Of a stretch of DNA of 64,000 nucleotides, positions 40,393 to 51,121 are shown piece by piece. Source of the stretch: an uncultured beta proteobacterium (GTDB lineage Bacteria; Pseudomonadota; Gammaproteobacteria; Burkholderiales; SG8-39). The notes beneath the pieces are model-generated. The model was given only the letters and a program-made list of their open reading frames with translations, had not been told where the DNA came from and ran no database searches. Location of the stretch: positions 1,771,424 to 1,835,423 of the forward strand of contig CAVTJG010000009.1 of assembly GCA_963735025.1 (NCBI GenBank), given 5' to 3'. Position 1 is the first letter of the stretch, and the number at the start of each line of letters is the position of its first letter. A program made the position numbers and the translations under genes.

Positions 40393-42252
40393 TCACTTCC
40401 ATTCGGTATTGCCTATCGCGATCGCCTCGACCTTGCGGCGCGACCCGTAGTAGAGATTCGCCAGGGCACGCGATACGACGATCGCCGAGAAGATCGACGT
40501 CAGGATGCCCAGGCAGTACACCACGGCAAACCCGCGCACCGGCCCCGAGCCGAAGATGAGCAAGGCGAGGCCCGCGATCAGCGACGTGATGTTCGAGTCA
40601 AGGATCGTCCCGAACGCGCGCTCGTAGCCGGTCGCGATCGCGGCCTGCGGCGACTGGCCGGCACGCAGTTCCTCGCGGATACGCTCGTTGATCAGGACGT
40701 TGGCGTCGATTGCCATGCCGAGCGTCAGCGCGATGGCGGCGATACCGGGCAGCGTCAGCGTGGCCTGCAGCAGCGACAGCAGCGCGATCAGGAACAGCAG
40801 GTTCGCGGAGAGCGCGATCGCCGAGAAGACGCCGAAGACCTGGTAGTAGAGGATGATGAACACGATGATGGCGATGAAGCCCCACAGCGTGGACTGGAGA
40901 CCCCTTTCGATGTTCTCCGCCCCGAGGCTCGGGCCGACCGTGCGCTCCTCCACGATCTCCATGGGCGCCGCAAGCGCGCCGGCGCGCAGGAGCAACGCCA
41001 CATCGTTTGCTTCCTGAGTGCTCATCCGGCCGCTGATCTGGACCCGTCCGCCGCCGATCTCGGTGCGGATGACCGGCGCCGTCACGACCTCGCCCTTGCC
41101 GCGCTCGATGAGCAGGATCGCCATCCGTTTGCCGACGTTGTCGCGCGTGACGTCGCGGAAGATGCGCGCGCCGGTCGAATCGAGCGTGAGATGAACCGCC
41201 GGCTCGTTGGTCTGGGGGTCGAAGCCGGGCTGCGCATCGGTGAGCCGCTCGCCGGTGAGCACGACCTGCTTCTTGACGAGCAGCGGGGCGCCGTTGCGCT
41301 CGATGTAGAACTCGTCGCCGAAGGGGACCTGTCCCGACTGCGCGGCGGTGAGCGCCGTGGGGTTCATGTTGTCCTCGTCGACCATCCGGATTTCCAGCGT
41401 CGCCGTTCGCCCGAGGATCTTCTTGGCCTGCGCCGTATCCTGGACGCCGGGGAGCTGGACCACGATGCGATCGGCGCCCTGCTGCTGGATCACGGGCTCG
41501 GCCACCCCGAGCTCGTTCACCCGGTTGTTGAGCGTGCTGATGTTCTGCTTGATCGCGGATTCCTGGATGCGCTTCTCGGCCTCGGGTCGGATGGTGACGG
41601 CGAGCCGCGGTTCGGCTGCGTCGCCGGTCTCCGCGATGGCGAGATCGGGCAGATTGTCGAGAATGAGGCGACGCGCCTGGGCGCGGGTCTCCGCATCGCG
41701 GAATTTCACGACGATGGTCTGCCCCTCCCGCGATATCCCGGTGTGGCGGATGCGCTTGTCGCGCATCTGGGTCCGGATGTCGCCGGTATAGGAATCGAGA
41801 CGCTTCGTGAGCGCGCCGCGCATGTCGACCTGAAAGAGGAAGTGCACGCCGCCGCGCAGGTCCAGTCCGAGATACATCGGCAGCGCGTGAATGGCGGTGA
41901 GCCAGGCCGGCGAGCGCGACACGAGATTCAGCGCGACTGTGTAGGACGGATCGTCCTTGGCGGGATTGAGCTCCGAGTCGACGACGTCGCGTGCACGAAG
42001 CTGCGCATCGGTGTCGGCAAACCTGATCCGGATCGTATTGGTGTCGAGCTGGGAGCCCGTGTACTCGAGATTCGCGCGGCGCAACGCTGCTTCGGCGCGT
42101 CCGAGCGTATCGGTGTCGATCCGGACCGTCGCCTTGGCGCTCGAGATCTGCACGGCTGGCGCTTCGCCGAAAAAGTTCGGCAGCGTGTACAGGATGCCGA
42201 GCACGAGCGCGACAGCCACGGTGGCGTAGACCCAGACGGGATAACGGTTCAT
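40393..42252 (-). CDS. secD: protein translocase subunit SecD
   Basis: 619 aa; MNRYPVWVY..., LGLDLRGGVHFLFQVD, C-terminal 6-TM domain. Confidence 0.9.
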   Translation of the reverse strand: MNRYPVWVYATVAVALVLGILYTLPNFFGEAPAVQISSAKATVRIDTDTLGRAEAALRRANLEYTGSQLDTNTIRIRFADTDAQLRARDVVDSELNPAKDDPSYTVALNLVSRSPAWLTAIHALPMYLGLDLRGGVHFLFQVDMRGALTKRLDSYTGDIRTQMRDKRIRHTGISREGQTIVVKFRDAETRAQARRLILDNLPDLAIAETGDAAEPRLAVTIRPEAEKRIQESAIKQNISTLNNRVNELGVAEPVIQQQGADRIVVQLPGVQDTAQAKKILGRTATLEIRMVDEDNMNPTALTAAQSGQVPFGDEFYIERNGAPLLVKKQVVLTGERLTDAQPGFDPQTNEPAVHLTLDSTGARIFRDVTRDNVGKRMAILLIERGKGEVVTAPVIRTEIGGGRVQISGRMSTQEANDVALLLRAGALAAPMEIVEERTVGPSLGAENIERGLQSTLWGFIAIIVFIILYYQVFGVFSAIALSANLLFLIALLSLLQATLTLPGIAAIALTLGMAIDANVLINERIREELRAGQSPQAAIATGYERAFGTILDSNITSLIAGLALLIFGSGPVRGFAVVYCLGILTSIFSAIVVSRALANLYYGSRRKVEAIAIGNTEWK

Positions 42253-42362
42253 TGCCGGATGAGGTGTGACGCGTGAGGGATAGGGCGCGAGGAGCGGAAA
42301 GTCGGGACGCGAGTCGAGCCTCGTCGACCCACGGTCCTCACTCGTTGCTCAATTCTCGTTGC

Positions 42363-42689
42363 TCAAAGGGACTTGAGGGTGCCCTTCGGCAGCACCGTCT
42401 GCACGGCCGACCGCTGCACCACGATCTCGGTGTTTTCGGCGATCTCCAGCGTGACGTATGCGTCCGAGACCTTTGTAATGCGGCCGATCATCCCGCCGCC
42501 GGCGACGATCTCGTCGCCCTTCTGAAGACCCTCCACGAGCGCCTTGTGCTCCTTGGCGCGTTTCATCTGCGGGCGCACCATGACGAACCAGAGCACGACG
42601 AACATGAGGATCATCATGATCGTCAGCGACATCGGGTCGCCGCCTCCGCCGGAAGCCGGGGCCTGCGCGTAAGCGTTGCTGATGAACAC
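42363..42689 (-). CDS. yajC: preprotein translocase subunit YajC
   Basis: GTG 42689 (VFISNAYAQ...) with GGAGAC SD. VMVRPQMKRAKEHKALVEGLQKGDEIV core. Confidence 0.85.
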   Translation of the reverse strand: MFISNAYAQAPASGGGGDPMSLTIMMILMFVVLWFVMVRPQMKRAKEHKALVEGLQKGDEIVAGGGMIGRITKVSDAYVTLEIAENTEIVVQRSAVQTVLPKGTLKSL

Positions 42690-42745
42690 GGGCGTCTCCG
42701 TTGCCTGTAAAAGAAACCACGGGATTATACCCCCGGGCGGGCTCA

Positions 42746-44952
<2,207 letters not shown>

Positions 44953-44974
44953 TGCAACATAATCGCGCACTCGT

Positions 44975-45061
44975 GCCGGGATGGCGGAACTGGTAGACGC
45001 ACGGGACTCAAAATCCCGCGCCAGCAATGGCGTGAGAGTTCGATTCTCTCTCCCGGCACCA
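44975..45061 (+). tRNA. tRNA-Leu(CAA), class II with long variable arm, encoded CCA
   Basis: Acceptor GCCGGGA/TCCCGGC, anticodon loop CT-CAA-AA in GGGA/TCCC stem, T arm GAGAG-TTCGATT-CTCTC, 3' ACCA. Confidence 0.9.
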
Positions 45062-45176
45062 TGTCTCAGAGGGGAAATCGGGAATTTTCGATATTCATTC
45101 CCCTAACCATTCACCCAGTTGAATCCTCTCTTCGGACAGTGATTTGAGGTTGGTCCGGTTTCTCGACACTTCTGAA

Positions 45177-46036
45177 CTAGAGTCTGGCCTCTTTCGGGGC
45201 TGACTTCTGACCTTTGCTGGCGAACTCACTCGGGGTCAGACGACCGAGTGAACCATGTGGGCGTTGCTCATTGTAATCGCGCCGCCAGGCCTCGATTCGC
45301 TGCTTCGCGTCTTCGATCGATACAAATTCGTTCACGTTCAGGCATTCGTCGCGCAGCCGGCCGTTGAACGACTCGATGAAGGCGTTCTCCGTAGGCTTGC
45401 CAGGCCGCGTGAAGTCGAGCTTCACGGCGTGGTTCCAAGCCCATTCGTCGAGCGACTTCGAGGTGAACTCGGTGCCGTGGTCGACGGTGATCGCCTTGGG
45501 CAGCGGTCGGCTCAGGGCGACCGCCTTCAGGGCGTCAACGACGCTCTGTCCGGTGAGCGAGAAACTGGTCTCCAGCATCACACTCTCGCGACTCCATTTA
45601 TCGAGCACCGTGAGCACCCGGAATCGCCTGCCGTTCGCCAGCTGATCGTGGACGAAGTCCATGGTCCAGTATTCGTTCACCGTGGTGGCCGTTGGCACCG
45701 GGCCGCGGTGCAGGCTGATGCGTTTACGTCGTCTCACCCGCATGCGCACCTGCAACCCCTCGAGGCGATAGAGCCGGTGCACGCGGTTACGCCCGACCCG
45801 CCAGCCTTCACGGCGGAGCAGAATATGGATGCGCTCATAGCCAAACCGAGGCCGGCTGTGCGCGAGCTCGCGGATGCGCATGCGCAGCGCCGTCTGATCC
45901 TTTGCATGCGAGCGGTAATAGAACGTCGCTCGGCGCAGCAGCGACAGCCGACACGAACGCTTCTTGCTCACCCGGAACCGTTCGTGGATCCACAGCGCAA
46001 TCTCGCGTCGTCGTGCCGGCCTCAGGTCTTTTTTTT
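45177..46036 (-). CDS. IS3-family transposase OrfB (DDE/rve), expressed as an OrfAB fusion by -1 frameshifting
   Basis: The -1 frame reads KKDLRPARRREIALWIHERFRVSKKRSC... into the rve domain (WTMDFV...DHGTEFTS...NAFIESFNGRLRDECLN). Confidence 0.85.
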
Positions 46037-46288
46037 AAGGACCTCCTGCAAGATGTGGCGATCCAGCGTCAGATCCGCCACCAGGCGCTTGAGCCGCGCG
46101 TTCTCGTCCTGCAATTGCCTCAGCTGGCGAAGCTCGGTGACACCAAGATTGCCGTACTTCTTCTTCCAGACGTAAAAGGTAGCCTCTGAGATCCCCATCT
46201 GCCGACACACATCGGCCACCGGCGTCCCGGCTTCGGTTTGGCGCAATGCATAGGTGATCTGCTCCTCGGTGAATCTCGACTTCTTCAT
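46022..46288 (-). CDS. IS3-family transposase OrfA (HTH)
   Basis: MKKSRFTEEQITYALRQTEAGTPVADVCRQMGISEATFYVWKKKYG...leucine-zipper-like LRQLQDENARLKRLVADL. Confidence 0.9.
   Translation of the reverse strand: MKKSRFTEEQITYALRQTEAGTPVADVCRQMGISEATFYVWKKKYGNLGVTELRQLRQLQDENARLKRLVADLTLDRHILQEVLKKKT
46028..46034 (-). promoter_or_regulatory. programmed -1 ribosomal frameshift heptamer A-AAA-AAG
   Basis: Minus-strand CTT-AAA-AAA-AAG-ACC-TGA. The orfB frame is -1 relative to orfA across the A8 run. Confidence 0.7.
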
Positions 46289-46562
46289 CGCTTCTCCTTA
46301 CCCTTGCAAGGAGCCTCGAAGCGACCTTACTCCAGTTCTAGCCAGTGCCGAAATTCCGGGGTGACGTCAAACCGTATCAGCCGGTTAGGGAGGTGGCGCT
46401 GCACCTTGGATTCGGAACTGTAAGAGGTTCCGACGCGAAATCGGCTATGACCTTGACGCCGCCACTCTCACGGCGGCACCGTGTTGGACGCTCTATCCCC
46501 GCGAGCGGGTGTATCGAGTAACCCTAGCCGTGGTCGAACCGTGCAACCATGAGGAGATCACT

Positions 46563-46916
46563 ATGACGCGAGCATCGTTCAAGAATCCCGCTAGTTCGAT
46601 CCAACGTGTTCGTCTCGGGGCACGCAGTACCTTGGTCGCGATGTTGGCAGTGCTGCTACTGGTCGGGCTCGGAAATCTCGCAGTCGCGCAAGCACCCGTG
46701 CCTCGTCCGGAATCGCGAATTCCGAGGAGCGTCTCGCTCGATTCGGTGCTTCTCGAGACCATCCGGATCGAGGGTCGGATCCAGAGCTGGATGATGCAAA
46801 AGCTCTGCATCGAAGGCCAAGCGTACTGGATAGGATTCAGTGAAACGAATCCGACCGGCATTTCGCCAGCCTTCAAGGACGGCAAAGCCGAGCAATGCTC
46901 GCTCCGGGCAAAATGA
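46563..46916 (+). CDS. hypothetical small secreted protein
   Basis: GAGGAG SD before ATG 46563. Signal peptide ...STLVAMLAVLLLVGLGNLAVAQA; two Cys in the mature part; a weak hairpin follows (46932..46950). No family recognised. Confidence 0.45.
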   Translation: MTRASFKNPASSIQRVRLGARSTLVAMLAVLLLVGLGNLAVAQAPVPRPESRIPRSVSLDSVLLETIRIEGRIQSWMMQKLCIEGQAYWIGFSETNPTGISPAFKDGKAEQCSLRAK

Positions 46917-47257
46917 ACCCGAGAAACAAGAAAGCCCGCACGCGGCGGGCTCTAACGAGGTTAACGAATGGGACGAATTAGCGAAGCCGGATGGCTTCCT
47001 ATCCGTCCGCCTTTGGCCGGCAAGCGTCAGCGCACGACCGACTCAGATCGACCCGTTGCCGCCTCTCGCTCATACCGAAGCGGACGTTCGCGACTTGTCC
47101 CTGAACGGCCACGAGCGGCCGTACGGCACCGCAGCGGTAAACCGCCGTTCGATGCCGGTATCGACCCATGCGGGCCGTCCCGCGCCCAGAGAAGCGAACG
47201 TTCACGGACTTCGCTGAACGGCCATCCTGGCCGATCCCTGCCTATTGAGCGTTCGTC

Positions 47258-47533
47258 TCATTTCGACCGAACGCGGGTCGGGTGCAGTCGCGGGCATGGA
47301 ACCAGGGTGGCCGGCCTCTGCGTGAAATCCAGTGGCGACGTCACCAGGCATGTGGTGCCGTCGCGCCACGGCGTCTTCAAATGCAACGCGACACGCCGCC
47401 AGGTCGAGGGCCGCGTCGACGCTTTGCAGCGTGCCGAACCCATCCGGGGCGACAAGTCACCCGGGTCCCTGCGTGCGCCAGGGGCTGACAAGCTGCTCAG
47501 CTTCGCGAGACCGATGGCAAAGCCGGAGCGCAA
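47258..47533 (-). pseudogene. IS91-family (Y2/HUH) transposase C-terminal fragment
   Basis: RVALHLKTPWRDGTTCLVTSPLDFTQRPATLVPCPRLH resembles the conserved IS91 block ..LKTPWRDGTTH..PLEF..RLAALVPRPRLHL. There is no N-terminal domain and the flanks are degenerate. Confidence 0.55.
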
Positions 47534-47569
47534 GGCTCCGGCAATGTGGGGAGGAGGAGAGGAGCGTAC

Positions 47570-48085
47570 TTAGATCTTGACCTTGCGCCGCATAAACGCC
47601 AGACCGATGAGCGCCGAGCCGATGAGGATTCTGCTACCGGGCTCAGGCACCGTGGCAGTGGAAAGGGTGAAGGCGTTGCCGCCGTCGTTGCCACACCCGC
47701 CGCGTAACGTTGGGGTGCCGAATTCGCAGCTCGCCGGGCCGCCGTTAACGTCCCAGGCGACAAATTGGTCGTTGAAGCTGTTGTTCGCCGCGCCCACTGT
47801 CAGCACGTAAGGGCTGCCGGCGTTCATCATGCTCGACGTCAGGCCGGTCAGTTCGATCTCATAGACGTCATAGCCAAATCCGTTGGTCAGCAGCAGACTC
47901 ATGTCCGCCGCCGTCAGGTTTACCGTGCCCCCACCGATGCTGTTGTCGAGATAGGTGGTGCCGAGCCACCAGGTGAAGGTGGTCGGGGTGCTGCCCGTGC
48001 GCACCCACAGACTCAGGTCCAGCTCGCCAACGGTGCCGCTGCCGGTTGCAGTGAACGAATCGGCGACCCATTGGAGCGCGCTGCT
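47570..48085 (-). pseudogene. PEP-CTERM sorting-domain protein lacking a start codon and signal peptide
   Basis: C-terminus VPEPGSRILIGSALIGLAFMRRKVKI (PEP motif + TM + basic tail). The frame opens at 48085 just after an in-frame TGA. The first ATG/GTG is GTG 48004. No signal peptide. Confidence 0.6.
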
Positions 48086-48122
48086 TCAGAGGGAGCTGCT
48101 CAGTACTCGAGCGAGTTGTGTT

Positions 48123-48626
48123 TCACAGATAAATTACATACTCGATCACCATGTCACGCGCGATCCCGCGTTGCTTCTGAAATGGAAGGAAGGTCTTGAT
48201 CCGAAGCTTCACTAAATTTCCCTCCGCCGTCTTAATCCAATAGACCTTGCCAAGCAATGAATTCGAGGAAGAGGCCGGGTTGAAGAACAGGTCTGGGTAC
48301 TCGGAAATTGGATGCTTGCGGTTGGTGTATTGCGCCTCCGACATGAAACTCGGGCCCAAGGCGAAATTTTGAGTTGGCGGATCGGCCCAGAATACCTTTG
48401 GCAAAGCGCGCAAATACTCGTTCTCATTTCCGCCGCAGAACACGACGTCATACCAGATATCAAAACTCACATTGGGCGGGCGCTGGTCATCCGTCCCGGT
48501 CTCGAAGTCGAATTTTCCACACGCGACAAGCCTCACTTCGTTAGCTGCATTAGCTGTTGGAACAAGAAGCTGGCACCCAAGAAGCAGGCCAAGCAACAAC
48601 CGGAGTGGCGAAGGAGCATTAGACAT
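48123..48626 (-). CDS. hypothetical secreted protein
   Basis: AGGAGAAG SD. Signal peptide MSNAPSPLRLLLGLLLGCQLLVPTANA. Visibly lower G+C. No family recognised. Confidence 0.55.
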   Translation of the reverse strand: MSNAPSPLRLLLGLLLGCQLLVPTANAANEVRLVACGKFDFETGTDDQRPPNVSFDIWYDVVFCGGNENEYLRALPKVFWADPPTQNFALGPSFMSEAQYTNRKHPISEYPDLFFNPASSSNSLLGKVYWIKTAEGNLVKLRIKTFLPFQKQRGIARDMVIEYVIYL

Positions 48627-48849
48627 GACAATCTTCTCCTCTGAAGCGCGTTTGACCCGCGTCCGTCTCCCACGATCAGGTCGCCGATCAGCGCGACATG
48701 GCAGTACAGCATCTATTGCTGTGATTCCTCATGGACAATGTGCACTCACACAGAACACCGCGTCCCATCCGCGTTCCCTGTATCAATGGTAGGTCAGGAA
48801 ACGGATATTGGAAGTTATTAATCTAAAGGGCAGGTACTCCCGCGGAGGT

Positions 48850-49710
48850 CTAGCCTGTCATCTTCTTGGCTCCAGCTCCGATAATCGCGCCGCCAATAGC
48901 CCCAACAATCGTTCCGGCGACCGCTTCCCCAATCGCTTCGCCGACTGTCCCGGACATAACCCCGCCGCGAACAATTCCCGTGATCGCTCCAACGAACAAC
49001 CCAGTGATGGCGCCACGGATTGCGCCACGGCAAGGGTGCACAAACGTACCAATAATCGGGCCAGCGAAAATGGCGGTCATGGCGGCGGTTATGTTGTAGT
49101 CACGAAAGCCATCGAGAGTCAAAGTAATTGCCGCGCTGACAACTCCGGCGATTAGGCCAACGACCCCGTCGTACGCCCTGTTTGACCGCGGCGCAGACGC
49201 TGACTTGTCTGAGGAAAGTGGCCGCGATGCAGCCTCTCGCGCGCGGATCGCCTGGGTCGGCATTGCAATCGCCGGAGCGTCTCTCACGGCACGCGCCGTA
49301 GCATCCTCGGATTTCGTAGATGGGCCAAGAATGCTTGCGACGTCCTCGAGGAGCTGCCGGAACCCTGGGGCGGTACGAGTGCCGTCCCAGCCGGTCAGGT
49401 CGGCCGCCTGGATCTGGCCGAAGCCGAGCGGCGGCTCTATGTCGTCCATGCGGACCGGGACAAGGAGCCTGCGACGCTTCCCCCGATCAGCCTCCTCGCG
49501 CACCCACTCGGACTCGACGGACGACATCGTCCATACCACCAGCATGCACTTGGTGTCGCGGATTGCCGCCTCAATGACCTCGGCATACGTGCGGCCGGCT
49601 GGGATCCTTCGATCCCACCAGACAGACCATCCCGATGCCTCCAGCGCATCGACGAGCGCCCGAATGCGTCCGCGATCTTCAGTCGCGTAGCTGAGGAAGA
49701 TGTCGGACAT
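48850..49710 (-). CDS. TIR-domain protein with C-terminal glycine-zipper membrane module
   Basis: N-terminus [72 protein letters not shown] (TIR_2-like, with the conserved Glu after SxWV). C-terminus [53 protein letters not shown] (repeated GxxxG). Confidence 0.85.
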   Translation of the reverse strand: MSDIFLSYATEDRGRIRALVDALEASGWSVWWDRRIPAGRTYAEVIEAAIRDTKCMLVVWTMSSVESEWVREEADRGKRRRLLVPVRMDDIEPPLGFGQIQAADLTGWDGTRTAPGFRQLLEDVASILGPSTKSEDATARAVRDAPAIAMPTQAIRAREAASRPLSSDKSASAPRSNRAYDGVVGLIAGVVSAAITLTLDGFRDYNITAAMTAIFAGPIIGTFVHPCRGAIRGAITGLFVGAITGIVRGGVMSGTVGEAIGEAVAGTIVGAIGGAIIGAGAKKMTG

Positions 49711-49790
49711 GATTCGCAGCGCGCAATACTGCTCTCTTGATCTACTCGATAAATAATCCCTCGAGGACGTTAAGAAAGTATTGTTCTAGG

Positions 49791-50297
49791 TCAACGTCGC
49801 CGCCACACCCACGGAGGCATCGGGATCGGATCGCGCCATAGGCAGAACTTCCTTTCCGTAGCCTGCCACTCGGGAGACTCGTAGCGGTCCTGGTCTTCGG
49901 GCGACTGCTCCTTCGCATACGCCCGATACCACCACGCGTAATCAGCGCGGATCTGCTCGAGCCCTACGTCGCCGGAGCCATTCAGGATCTTGCAGACCTC
50001 CTGGCCGTATCGATGGCGCTTGCCGCACTCTGCTAGGACGTTGCGATCGTAGATGAGCTTGGAAAGGTCTTCCTTAGATCGGAAGCCAGATGCCTGTCCC
50101 TTCGCGGGCGCATCGATCCCGTTGAGGCGGATCTTGTGCTGACGATTATCAAGGTCGACGGTAGTGATGGTGTCGCCATCGGCGACGCCGACGACGCGAC
50201 CCTTGCTGACCCAAGACTCGGCAGCCGGCGCAGGACCAGAAAAGGCGACCACCATGATGGACGCGATGAGCTACCGAGGGGCATAGCCTCGCTTCAT
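49791..50297 (-). pseudogene. staphylococcal-nuclease-like thermonuclease with an in-frame TAG in the signal peptide
   Basis: VADGDTITT...IRLNGIDAPA...GLEQIRADYAWWYRAY...CLWRD..PMPPWVWRR SNase fold motifs. Upstream in frame: ATG 50297, MKRGYAPR-TAG(50271..50273)-LIASIMVVAFSGPAPAAES. Confidence 0.8.
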
Positions 50298-50745
50298 TGC
50301 CGAAGCGTACTTCACCCCTTGGCAGGCTGCGCCAGAGCGGGACTGCAAAACTTGCCGCTACTCAATCGGACAACCTGACGACGCCCACCTGTGGTGCACG
50401 CAGCACCGACTCGTGGTCGTGTTCGCTTGCGGATGGTGGGAGCTAGAGGCAGGGACCGAGCCCGAAGCGTGCCGGGAATCTGAGCTAGCAGGGCTACTTC
50501 CAGCGGATTCAGTGGCGGATTCCGGAGGCGCCTGCCCGCAGAGCTAGTGTCGGCGTGGGGATTGACGCTCTCTCCGGGCATCTCGGCTCCAACCCATCCC
50601 CGCGTTCTGGAGTGCGGGTGCAGACGAAGGGTGCGGGTGGTTGGCGCCTCTCGGGCGAAGGCTAACACCTGCGACTGGCGCATGCCGGGCGAGGATGGAG
50701 GAGGACAGGGTCCCGGGCACTCCCGGGAGACATCTGGAGGAGACG

Positions 50746-51000
50746 ATGAGCCCTGTAAAGACAGCCTTGCAGTTTCCTGCCGGCGACGATCCCTGGTCAG
50801 TGGAGCAGGCGACTGCACTCCTGTGCATCATCGAGGATATCTTTCACCGTATCGACGTCGACGCGTTGGTGCGTGGATTCACCGAGGACTGCGTGTTGCG
50901 CATTCACCGGATTGCGCTCGGCGGCAGCTTCTTGAGCTTGGCGCCTTCCGGCTTGTGCGTCTACAGCTCTTTCCCGGGCAAGGCTAGTCAACTGTCATAA
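50746..51000 (+). CDS. possible NTF2/SnoaL-like fragment (84 aa)
   Basis: GGAGGAG just upstream of ATG 50746. EQATALLCIIEDIFHRIDVDALVRGFTEDCVLR resembles the first helix-strand of SnoaL-like proteins, but similarity is lost after that. Confidence 0.3.
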   Translation: MSPVKTALQFPAGDDPWSVEQATALLCIIEDIFHRIDVDALVRGFTEDCVLRIHRIALGGSFLSLAPSGLCVYSSFPGKASQLS

Positions 51001-51081
51001 CGGTTCGGCGCTCACGGCAGTGGAGACTTTGCGATTCTGCTAAAGTGGACGCGTCGCCGTCCATTCAGCCGCTTGCGACCC

Positions 51082-51113
51082 TGCGTCAATCCCCCCGCGC
51101 GTCAATCCCCCCG
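51082..51113. repeat. perfect 16-bp tandem duplication GCGTCAATCCCCCCGC x2
   Basis: Read directly. Confidence 0.85.
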
Positions 51114-51121
51114 CAATAGAA

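Larger units (their letters stand above)
45145..46369 (-). mobile_element. IS3-family (IS407-like) insertion sequence, apparently intact
   Basis: orfA + orfB with -1 slippery site. Imperfect ~38-bp terminal inverted repeats starting with TGA (45145 TGAGGTTGGTCCGGTTTCTCGACACTTCTGAACTAGAG; reverse complement of 46369 TGACGTCACCCCGGAATTTCGGCACTGGCTAGAACTGGAG). Exact ends are uncertain by a few bp. Confidence 0.8.

Noticed and set aside
46968-47573. 201-aa plus-strand ORF in the island.
   Set aside because: Arg/Ser/Pro-rich with no motifs. It overlaps the IS91-like remnant that reads sensibly on the other strand.
48086-48135. The idea that the secreted ORF (48123..48626) and the PEP-CTERM ORF are one gene split by a single indel, like the other frameshifts.
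   Set aside because: All three minus-strand frames contain a stop codon in this interval (TGA 48123-48125, TAA just upstream in the third frame, TGA 48086-48088). One indel cannot restore a fusion.
50298-50745. Retron-like or other defence-associated ncRNA next to the TIR/nuclease genes.
   Set aside because: There is no reverse transcriptase or other partner gene, and I could not find long flanking inverted repeats by eye. It is kept only as a low-level 'check with Rfam/RNA-seq' note.
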